A stretch of 64,000 nucleotides of DNA from an uncultured Alphaproteobacteria bacterium. Its GTDB lineage: Bacteria; Pseudomonadota; Alphaproteobacteria; RF32; CAG-239. Within the stretch, counting starts at the first letter, position 1. Every line of letters starts with the position of its first letter. The stretch is taken from contig CAJGCO010000004.1 in NCBI GenBank assembly GCA_904501925.1, positions 5,593-69,592 on the forward strand, given 5' to 3'. A model generated the notes under the pieces. The model did no database searches. It saw only the letters and a program-made list of their open reading frames with translations, and had not been told where the DNA came from. The position numbers were made by a program, and so were the translations under genes. Shown here piece after piece: positions 1-7,764 of the stretch.

Positions 1-259
1 TTTTTTTATATGCATCTATAATTGAGCGATTTTTACCTACAAGAGAAGATATCCAAGCAATATATGGACGAGTAAAAGTATATGGAGAAATAATAAGCAT
101 TAATAAATAAAACATATATTTTCCAACTAATGATTCGTTTGCTTGTAAAAAAAACATATATTTTTCAAAAAAGTTTAGATAATTATCCCTAAACCCCATT
201 AAAAGAGGGAGATAGGGGATTATCAATAATAGGATATAAATACTAATATTGATGAACAT
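1..259 (-). CDS. partial hypothetical membrane protein (N-terminal part only; continues past the left edge)
   Basis: ATG at 259-257 opens a stop-free minus-strand frame down to position 1 (MFINISIYILLLIIPYLPLLMGF...). It is hydrophobic. It is absent from the ORF track because it has no stop in the window. Confidence 0.3.
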   Translation of the reverse strand, partial: MFINISIYILLLIIPYLPLLMGFRDNYLNFFEKYMFFLQANESLVGKYMFYLLMLIISPYTFTRPYIAWISSLVGKNRSIIDAYKK

Positions 260-451
260 TATTTTACTTGAAGGAATTAAGCCATTAAAAATTCTTATTA
301 ACGAGAAACATGGTCGCCGTTTGTTAATATATCTAATGAATATGGTCCAAAAAATATAATAAAGAATAAGCCAAATTATACTTAAAGAATTTGTCCATCC
401 ATTTGGAATACGTGATAATGAAAATATAAAAACAAAATTTATTAAACACCA

Positions 452-502
452 AAAAATAAAATTACGCTTAAAGAGTAGCACATATTTTGCACTACTCTTT
501 AA
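452..502 (-). terminator. rho-independent terminator downstream of virD4
   Basis: An 11-bp inverted repeat, 468-478 (ttaaagagtag) with 492-502 (ctactctttaa). On the minus strand it is followed by GCGUAAUUUUAUUUUUU. Confidence 0.55.
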
Positions 503-536
503 TACTTGAAATAATACTAATTGTTTTGATGTTCTA

Positions 537-2765
537 CTATTCATCTTCTAATTCATAATCAATATTTTCTTCTGCGTTTGGATCATAATCAATACCTAAT
601 TTTGATAGAATATCCTCGCTTTCTGTTGAGCGCTGAGCAACAATCCAATCTGGCACCCAAGGTGAGTGTGGTAATTTGGCTAAAGCTAACATTTGTTTAT
701 CAAGATAAAAACGAGGAGCATCTGCCATAATTGGAGTTTCGATTGAACCTTGCATCAAAACAACTTGTTTTAACATAGGCAAACTTAAAAGTGCATTAGA
801 GCTGATTGCTGACACACCTTGGAGTTGATAACTAACGTTTTTAGCAAATGGGTTAAATTCTTTATTTAAGCTACCTTCATTTCTTGAGTATGATGTTGTT
901 TGAACGGTTTTATTACCAATCATTTTAGAGAAACGTTCGGCTGTTTGCTCGTTATTTTGTGATAAAATTACTTTACAAGCAGTTGTTGAGATAACTGTCT
1001 CTAAGTCGTCTTTACCATATTTACCAGAAATTTGGCCTAAGTCTTGTCCGATGAGCAGATATGACACTTTCTGACCACGACCTACGGCAGGACCATCAAT
1101 AACGGCTTTCAATTTAGGCATTTGTGGAAACTCGTCCAGCACGAACAATGTTGGGAATGGCCCCATCTTACCATCTGTTGGGTTAACAAAGTTTGGTGGG
1201 TTTGAAATGAGATATGCACTCATTAAGTCCACAAACACAGCACTAATTGGGTTTAAGGCTTGAGCGTCTGTTTGGTTTACTGATAGATATACGGAAATTG
1301 GTTTCCATTCACCAGTTATTGGGTCTTTCATACCACGCATATCTTTAAAAGTGATATCAGAAAAGCTTGTACGAGCAACCACCGCTGAGTTTTTAAAGAT
1401 ACGAATACCATTAAATGCTGTTGATAACACAGAACCACGTTCTTTATCTGGTTTTGCACTTAAACCACTAAGCTCGGTTACGCAACGACGAGAATAACCA
1501 TAGTCGTTTGCCTCATTAATAGCATCATCTAATAAATCACGCATAAGGTCTGCCATAGCAGCCATTTGGTCACCTTCTTCAAGGCGACGTTTAATTTCGT
1601 TACTTTGTTCAATTTGAGCAGCTGTAATCCATTCCAAAATCATGGCAAGACATGCTTCATGATTTATCCATTTATCTGGAAATGAACGCCATGTACCAAT
1701 TGGAAGATAATTTTCTACAGTTAGGTTGCCACTTTGTAGGTCACTTATTGCACGGGCGGCATTTGCTTTGAAATTACCATTTTGCATTTCTTCATAATGA
1801 CCAATTAATTCTTCTTTATCTTCTTTGGTCATTGAGCCTTCGTATATTTTTTGAATGAAGCGCTCATTTGCAAGTGCTTTTTCACACTTTGATGCAACGA
1901 AGTGTATTAAACCACAGAGAGCACCACGACCAGCTTGTGACCAATACGCATCACCACCACCTTTGGGGTCTTCAACTAGGGTATTACACATTGAGTCAAT
2001 GTATAAGTCTCTGGCAGGACCAGGAGCCGGCAACGCACCGGGAGATAATGGGTTCCAGCTTGGATAATACTCACCTGTTGCTGGGTTATCTTCTTTACCC
2101 CAGTTAATCACAAACACTGGACCAACTTTTGCACGAGCACCTGTTGTTGAGTAACACAACTCTGGTTTGGGGTCGTTTACGATAATACTTAAACCTTCAG
2201 AGTTAAAAATTGTTGGAATCACTACTCCGGCTGTTTTACCGGTACCTGGAGGAGCACAACATAAGGTTGAAAGAGTTTCTTTTAATTTTAATAGTTTACC
2301 TTGGAATTTACCAACAACCATACAGAAACCATCAAAACCAAGAAGAGGCATTCTTTCAATATCTCTTAATGTGGCAATGTGAGCTGAACCATGAACATTT
2401 GATTGGAATTTATATGGACATTTTTTTGCACCAACAATTAACATTATTGGTAGTAATATAAATGGAAGTAATGGAAACCACATGCTTAATCTAAATGAAG
2501 CACCGCTTCTTGCGTATGCAAAGAATCGCCCAAACCATCTTACGTATCTATCATATAATTTTCCAGGATCTGAGATTGTTGCTTGTAAAAATTTTTTTAC
2601 AGCAATCATACTCTCTTTAGAGATACCTTCTTGAATTAAGAATCCTATTGGTTGAGATAAATATATTAACGCAATAAAAACAGCTATTGAAACTAGGGCT
2701 GTTATAGCCATCCATCTAACGGCGTTATCATATTCTTCCCACTCTTTACCTCTTTCTTTTGCCAT
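537..2765 (-). CDS. virD4: type IV secretion coupling protein, VirD4/TraG family
   Basis: 742 aa with two N-terminal TM helices. Walker A is APPGTGKTAGVVIPT and Walker B is TLFVLDEFPQM. The LLIGQDLGQISGKYGKDD and TAERFSKMIGNKTV blocks are typical of the T4SS-DNA_transf family. The C-terminal tail is acidic. Confidence 0.88.
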   Translation of the reverse strand: MAKERGKEWEEYDNAVRWMAITALVSIAVFIALIYLSQPIGFLIQEGISKESMIAVKKFLQATISDPGKLYDRYVRWFGRFFAYARSGASFRLSMWFPLLPFILLPIMLIVGAKKCPYKFQSNVHGSAHIATLRDIERMPLLGFDGFCMVVGKFQGKLLKLKETLSTLCCAPPGTGKTAGVVIPTIFNSEGLSIIVNDPKPELCYSTTGARAKVGPVFVINWGKEDNPATGEYYPSWNPLSPGALPAPGPARDLYIDSMCNTLVEDPKGGGDAYWSQAGRGALCGLIHFVASKCEKALANERFIQKIYEGSMTKEDKEELIGHYEEMQNGNFKANAARAISDLQSGNLTVENYLPIGTWRSFPDKWINHEACLAMILEWITAAQIEQSNEIKRRLEEGDQMAAMADLMRDLLDDAINEANDYGYSRRCVTELSGLSAKPDKERGSVLSTAFNGIRIFKNSAVVARTSFSDITFKDMRGMKDPITGEWKPISVYLSVNQTDAQALNPISAVFVDLMSAYLISNPPNFVNPTDGKMGPFPTLFVLDEFPQMPKLKAVIDGPAVGRGQKVSYLLIGQDLGQISGKYGKDDLETVISTTACKVILSQNNEQTAERFSKMIGNKTVQTTSYSRNEGSLNKEFNPFAKNVSYQLQGVSAISSNALLSLPMLKQVVLMQGSIETPIMADAPRFYLDKQMLALAKLPHSPWVPDWIVAQRSTESEDILSKLGIDYDPNAEENIDYELEDE

Positions 2766-2787
2766 AATACTTCCTCTTTTCTAATAA

Positions 2788-4179
2788 TTATGCTATACTA
2801 TAAATAAGTTTTTTAAGTTTTTCAAATGTTGAAGGATCAACCTTTTCTTCACATGGTTCTATTGATTTTGAGAACAAGCGAATTTCTTTAGGTTCACCTC
2901 TATTTATTCTTGTTACATTTATATCCATTTCATTCCAGATATCAAACATATCTTCTGCATTTATGATTGAACCTGATTGGATAACAACGTATGAAACAAT
3001 TTCAAAATTAAAGTCACCGATGGCTAATTTAGATTTTAATACATCTCGTGCAACATCAACTTTTCTTACAGGAGAAATTCTATGAGAACTCTCTGAGAAC
3101 CACAATGGCTCTTCGTCATTAAATTTTTCTTCATCAGCCAACCATTCACCAACTTCTTTATCAACAAGACATAGCAATATTTGATTTTTTGAAACAGCAA
3201 TATAATCAAGTTTTGTTTTTTTGATAATTGGAGAAGATATAATTTCATAACCTTTTTGCATTAAGATATCAAGCACAGGTGTATGAGATTCTTTAATTTG
3301 TTGTTTTGGCGCTTCTTGTTTTTTCTTTGGAGGTTGAGAATTGTCTTTTTCATGAGCTTTTTTAGGCTTTGCTTGTTCTTTCTTTTCTTGTGGCGCTTTC
3401 TCTATTGTTTTTTCTTCTACAGCATTTTCTGGAGCTTTTTCTACTTTTAATGCTGATGGAATATTTTCATCAAGGCTCTTTTGTGGTTCTTTTTTCTCAA
3501 AATCAAAGTCAAAATCAAAATCATCTTCAGTAAAGTTAAATAAAGCGTGATCAAGAGGTGCTTCTTGTTTTTTCTTAGCTGGTTGATATGATGATTGAGC
3601 ACCTTTTAATGATGAAGGTTGAGTGTTTATATTTGATTTTAACAATACTTCTGATGGTAATTGTCTTTTAGAGGGGGCTGCAATAGGAGCTGATGTAGCA
3701 GGATGGGCTTGAGGAGAAACTGTAGATTGAGGCTGTTGTTGAGGCTGAACAACTGCTCCCTGATTTGTTATTTGTCCGTCTTTTTTGATTACAGCTACTT
3801 TTTTAATTGGCTCAACATTACTGATGCTTGCTCTTTTTTTAACAACAGGAGCTTTGCGTTTCAATGTTATTGCTCTGAATAAATATATTGGACTTAGAAG
3901 AGTATCTCTTAAGAACTTTTTCCATTTTATTACACACATTCCATACCATCCAAAAATCCACAAAGGGATACTACTGATTAAGATGATATAAAATACTAAT
4001 TCAGAATTAGAGACAACCTCACCACTATTCCACTTCTCTACGAGGAGAGCCCAGTGTCTTCTTAGGAAAATATCAAAATGCCAATTAATTAACAAAACCA
4101 CTCTAATACCATCTATAAAGACTATGCTCCATAGGTAACCAATTATAAGAGTTTTTATTATTATTAGAAATGGTTTCAA
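2788..4179 (-). CDS. hypothetical membrane protein: N-terminal 3-TM module, long K/E/P/Q-rich disordered linker, C-terminal NERD-like (degenerate PD-(D/E)xK-like) domain
   Basis: 463-aa ORF lying 22 bp upstream of virD4. The N-terminus is paralogous to the 163-aa neighbour. The C-terminal layout KLDYIAVSKNQILLCLVDKEVGEW...SPVRKVDVARDVLKSKL...IVSYVVIQSGSII follows the NERD pattern. The function is an inference. Confidence 0.75.
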   Translation of the reverse strand: MKPFLIIIKTLIIGYLWSIVFIDGIRVVLLINWHFDIFLRRHWALLVEKWNSGEVVSNSELVFYIILISSIPLWIFGWYGMCVIKWKKFLRDTLLSPIYLFRAITLKRKAPVVKKRASISNVEPIKKVAVIKKDGQITNQGAVVQPQQQPQSTVSPQAHPATSAPIAAPSKRQLPSEVLLKSNINTQPSSLKGAQSSYQPAKKKQEAPLDHALFNFTEDDFDFDFDFEKKEPQKSLDENIPSALKVEKAPENAVEEKTIEKAPQEKKEQAKPKKAHEKDNSQPPKKKQEAPKQQIKESHTPVLDILMQKGYEIISSPIIKKTKLDYIAVSKNQILLCLVDKEVGEWLADEEKFNDEEPLWFSESSHRISPVRKVDVARDVLKSKLAIGDFNFEIVSYVVIQSGSIINAEDMFDIWNEMDINVTRINRGEPKEIRLFSKSIEPCEEKVDPSTFEKLKKLIYSIA

Positions 4180-4234
4180 TGTTTTCTCCCTTTTTTGCCT
4201 TTCCTATATTATAATGGGATTAGTTAATAAGTAA

Positions 4235-4726
4235 TTATTTTTTTTCGTTTTCCTCTATTTTTACAGAGATTAGTTGACGGATACTTTTTGTTGTATTTGA
4301 GTTTGCTAACACATCTCCTTTTTCTTTGAGTTTATCAGATATAATTTCATCTATATCACCAGTTTTTGCTCCTAAATTTTTTATAACGATATGTACATCA
4401 TCCATTGGCTCTGGAGCGTTAAATTTGCGATATAGTTTATTAATCGGTTTTGTTAAAGTTGCCCAAAATCCTTTTTTATACAACTTTGCTGTTATATAAA
4501 AACCCAAAACAGGAAAGATTGCCATTAAAAACAACAAGCTACAATCTTTAAATGTTTTAAAAACACCGCCCCTTTCCCAGAAAGAGTACATTGCTTTGTA
4601 GGATTTAACATTTAATATATTAAAACTCCAAATGACTTTGAAAACATGGAAGTAAACAAAAATTAAGAACAAAAATACTGTGCAGAATATTGCTATGTAC
4701 CTTAAGGCCTTTTTCATTTTTTTCAT
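4235..4726 (-). CDS. hypothetical small membrane protein (same membrane module as the 463-aa neighbour)
   Basis: 163 aa, hydrophobic N-terminal half. Shares the W.F.I / W..G.V / P..G.Y / K.F / PI..L[FY]R...AP pattern with 2788-4179. Starts 3 bp after the stop of the upstream gene. Confidence 0.72.
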   Translation of the reverse strand: MKKMKKALRYIAIFCTVFLFLIFVYFHVFKVIWSFNILNVKSYKAMYSFWERGGVFKTFKDCSLLFLMAIFPVLGFYITAKLYKKGFWATLTKPINKLYRKFNAPEPMDDVHIVIKNLGAKTGDIDEIISDKLKEKGDVLANSNTTKSIRQLISVKIEENEKK

Positions 4727-4729
4727 GTT

Positions 4730-6397
4730 TTACCTACCTGAGTAAAATTGTCTCATAAAGCCTGCAACATCATTTGACAATTTAATGTTGTTAAACTCTA
4801 GAGGAACCCCACTAGCTGGAGCTTCTTCTCTATCTGCTGCTGCTAATACTTTTCTAACAGCGCTCTTACACCCTTTTTCATCATAAGTTTTTGATTCTTC
4901 TAAGAAATCTCTAGCCTTCATTATTTCATCTGCTAGATTTTTGGTATATTTTGTACCTTCAGCTAAACCTTCCTCTAATGATGAAGCGCCTCTACAAATT
5001 TCCATAAAGTGAGAAGTTATCATTCTATAATCATCAGTAGCGCCTTTATGTATTGCTTGTGCTATATAAGAAGGATCATTTTTAGGAGTTTCTCTAACTT
5101 CTTTCATTTGCTCTCTAACGCCAGCAATAAACTCATCTGATAATGTACCTTCATTTAATACTATTGAATCTTTAATTTTGGTAATTGATGTGCGCATACT
5201 ATTACTGCAATCATCTTCACCGGCAATTAATGTATTCATTTCGTTTAATTGATTAACTAAATCTTCTTTTTTAACAGGTAGAGGAGCATCGTTTATTTTT
5301 TTGAAAAACTCCATATCCTCTCTAAACCTATCACCAAGACCCTCAGTCATCACCAAGTTATTTAAATTAGCAAATTCAGTTTTTATTGTAGCTCTTGAAT
5401 CTGTGTTTTCTGGATCAGATAAAGCAGCTTTTAGCCTGTTTAAAGCCTCATTTGTACCATCTACACCTGTTCGCCCCTCATTTGCTTGTAGCATTTGATC
5501 AATTTTCTGTAATGCTTCAGCTTTAGGATCTGGCTCTTTTTGCTCTTGAGAATATCTTACTAAATCATGATTGAAAGCGTTCATCTTTTCTGTTACTTCT
5601 GGAGAGTATTCAACACTCTTTAATCCTGACATAATATCTAAAGTTGCCTTACAAACAGCCAATCTTGTGAAATCTTTTTCTTTTCTATATACTGCCTCTA
5701 TCATATTTGGTACTTTTTCATAAAGGCTTAACCTCTTGGTGTCTTCAGTTTCAACACCTCTCTCTCTATCTGCGCGTCCAGCTCTTACCATTGCAACCAG
5801 ACTTTCAAAATTATCTGGCGCTGAAACTCCTTCTGGCCACACAGGCGCTTCACCTCTAAGAACTTTATCAATATTTTCTGCAGTTACAGCATATTCATTT
5901 AAAAGTTTATTTTTATTTGTTTTCAAGTCTTTATCCATTTTTTCGAAAACTTTTTCGCCGATTTGATAATAATCTTTTTTAGATTCTTCAGCTGCATTAT
6001 CTGAAAACAACGCAAAATGGCATAGATTAAGGGCAAAATCTACACTTTTGTTTAACAGCCAATCTGCAGAATGAACAAAAATTTCATTCCACAAAAGATC
6101 CATAATTCCGTTACTCTTACCAGTAGAAGAATCTATTTTTGACTTTTCTGGTTTATCTGGAACAGATCTCTTTTCTTTTGGAGGCGCTTTTTTGAAATTA
6201 CCATATGCATCTGAAATACCTAATTCTGCACCGACAAGATTGTTGAGATTTTCATCACCAAACTCTTCTGGTGTAATTATTGTATTATTTTGAGTTCCTG
6301 GTGTCTCTTGTGAGTTATTTTGAACATCTGGTGTCTCTTGTGAGTTATTTTGAACATCTGGTGTCTCTTGTGAGTTATTTTGAGTATCATCAACCAT
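4730..6397 (-). CDS. hypothetical acidic, mostly helical protein with an N-terminal QNNSQETPDV tandem repeat
   Basis: 555-aa ORF in the operon with virD4. No family recognised. The C-terminal tail is basic (FMRQFYSGR). Confidence 0.78.
   Translation of the reverse strand: MVDDTQNNSQETPDVQNNSQETPDVQNNSQETPGTQNNTIITPEEFGDENLNNLVGAELGISDAYGNFKKAPPKEKRSVPDKPEKSKIDSSTGKSNGIMDLLWNEIFVHSADWLLNKSVDFALNLCHFALFSDNAAEESKKDYYQIGEKVFEKMDKDLKTNKNKLLNEYAVTAENIDKVLRGEAPVWPEGVSAPDNFESLVAMVRAGRADRERGVETEDTKRLSLYEKVPNMIEAVYRKEKDFTRLAVCKATLDIMSGLKSVEYSPEVTEKMNAFNHDLVRYSQEQKEPDPKAEALQKIDQMLQANEGRTGVDGTNEALNRLKAALSDPENTDSRATIKTEFANLNNLVMTEGLGDRFREDMEFFKKINDAPLPVKKEDLVNQLNEMNTLIAGEDDCSNSMRTSITKIKDSIVLNEGTLSDEFIAGVREQMKEVRETPKNDPSYIAQAIHKGATDDYRMITSHFMEICRGASSLEEGLAEGTKYTKNLADEIMKARDFLEESKTYDEKGCKSAVRKVLAAADREEAPASGVPLEFNNIKLSNDVAGFMRQFYSGR
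6286..6390. repeat. 30-bp tandem repeat (about 3 copies) inside the 555-aa gene
   Basis: The unit ggtgtctcttgtgagttattttgaacatct is identical at 6301-6330 and 6331-6360. A third copy matches for about 25 nt from 6361. A partial copy lies before 6301. The repeat encodes QNNSQETPDV x3. Confidence 0.92.
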
Positions 6398-6463
6398 TTC
6401 AAATCTCCTAAAGGTGTTTATTCTGCTATTATATCATAAAAACATACGTTTGTCTACTTTAAA

Positions 6464-7654
6464 TTATACTTTCAGATTTTTTATAAACTCGCCTATTTTT
6501 CGGTTATATTTTATTCCATCTTCTGGGGTTACTTTAATGAGACCAAAGAATTTAGCCTTAATTTTATCAAATTGAATTGGCGTAAACATAGCTGGATTTT
6601 TTATTAAAGCTTCAAAAGCTCCTTTAGGGTCTTTTTGAGCTGCTTTGAAATAATTGTTTATAAGTTTTTCTGCATCTATTGGGAATTTTTGAGCTTTAAT
6701 CTTTTCGATAAAAACCAATCTTCTTTTTTGCATCATCTGGTATTCTTCATATAATTCTTTTTTTATCTTGTTTTTTTTGATTACTTCTTTCATTTGCTCA
6801 TATTGTGATTCACATATTTCAATGTTTATCAATATTTCTATATATGAAATAACTACAAGTTGCATATCTGTATCATTTAGAGATGATGCAAAATCTAAAA
6901 ATTCTTCATCGGTTGCATTTTTGTTTAATCTTTTCATGTTTTCTGGATCATATTTATTTAGCGCATCCCATCCATCTAACAAAAATTGAGCAATTTTTTT
7001 GCCAACACTTGGTTTGTAGTTTGGCTTTAGCATATCATCATTATAATCTGTTTGTGGGGTTTTGATTTTTTTTCTTTGAGTTATAGCTATTATTCCATCT
7101 TTAAAGTTTAGAATAGCTCTAGCTAATTCAGCCTCTTCTTGTTTTAAATCTTTGTTTAATTCATCTACATCAATATTAGATGTTGGTTGTTTAGTATTTG
7201 GCGAGGATGATGTTATTGTGGAATCTAACGTCGCTGATGTGGTTTGGGATGATGTTTGTGGGGTTAAGAAACCATCTAAACCAGAAGACTGCGCCTCTGA
7301 TGGAGACTGGGTTGTTAAAAAGCTGTCTAAACCAGACGATTGCGCCCCAGATGAAGGCTGAGTTGTTAAAAAGCTATCTAAACCTCCAGCTGCTTGGTTA
7401 GGTGTAGCATTTGAAGGTGATTGAGATAAAAAGCTATCTAAACTATCTTTTTTAGAAGGTTCAAAGAAACCATCTACAGTATCACTTGTGTCACCATTTA
7501 TAAATTTACTTAACAATCTTGAGAACTCTGTTTCAATATCTGTATTTTCAGAAGATTGAGGTTGAGATGGTTTGAGGTCCTCTTCTTTTTTTAGTGGAGT
7601 GGATGATGTATTTGCACTTAAAAAACTATCTAAATTATCTAGTTCATTTACCAT
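6464..7654 (-). CDS. hypothetical protein: N-terminal S/T/Q/P-rich region with 5-6 LD[S/G]FL motifs, and a C-terminal helical domain
   Basis: 396-aa ORF and first gene of the virD4 operon. No family recognised. The C-terminal tail is basic (NRKIGEFIKNLKV). Confidence 0.78.
   Translation of the reverse strand: MVNELDNLDSFLSANTSSTPLKKEEDLKPSQPQSSENTDIETEFSRLLSKFINGDTSDTVDGFFEPSKKDSLDSFLSQSPSNATPNQAAGGLDSFLTTQPSSGAQSSGLDSFLTTQSPSEAQSSGLDGFLTPQTSSQTTSATLDSTITSSSPNTKQPTSNIDVDELNKDLKQEEAELARAILNFKDGIIAITQRKKIKTPQTDYNDDMLKPNYKPSVGKKIAQFLLDGWDALNKYDPENMKRLNKNATDEEFLDFASSLNDTDMQLVVISYIEILINIEICESQYEQMKEVIKKNKIKKELYEEYQMMQKRRLVFIEKIKAQKFPIDAEKLINNYFKAAQKDPKGAFEALIKNPAMFTPIQFDKIKAKFFGLIKVTPEDGIKYNRKIGEFIKNLKV
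7235..7387. repeat. 51-bp (17-codon) tandem repeat, 3 diverged copies
   Basis: Encodes GGLDSFLTTQPSSGAQS / SGLDSFLTTQSPSEAQS / SGLDGFLTPQTSSQTTS. The DNA core gttgttaaaaagct[ga]tctaaacc recurs at 7311 and 7362. Confidence 0.85.
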
Positions 7655-7764
7655 TGTTCTTCCTCTTTGTTTTTTTGAACACCAATTTTGATGTATTCTT
7701 TCCTTGATTTTATAGAATATTTTAGTTTATTATATCTGCTAATTAGTGAAAATATATTTAATAA

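Noticed and set aside
3290-3700. K/E/P/Q-rich stretches in the 463-aa protein, and the similar K/E/P tract in TolA (34100-34440), considered as candidate repeat elements.
   Set aside because: They are compositionally biased linkers with no discernible DNA-level periodic unit. In TolA this is the expected domain II.
537-4179. Initial reading of the 742-aa ATPase and the upstream 463-aa TM protein as a Dot/Icm DotL(IcmO)-DotM(IcmP) pair (type IVB).
   Set aside because: The ATPase motifs (GSAHIA..., APPGTGKTAGVVIPT, VLDEFPQM, IGQDLGQI..YG) match the VirD4/TraG T4SS-DNA_transf family rather than DotL. The 463-aa protein has a NERD-like alpha/beta C-terminus, not the DotM cytoplasmic domain. No other dot/icm genes are present.
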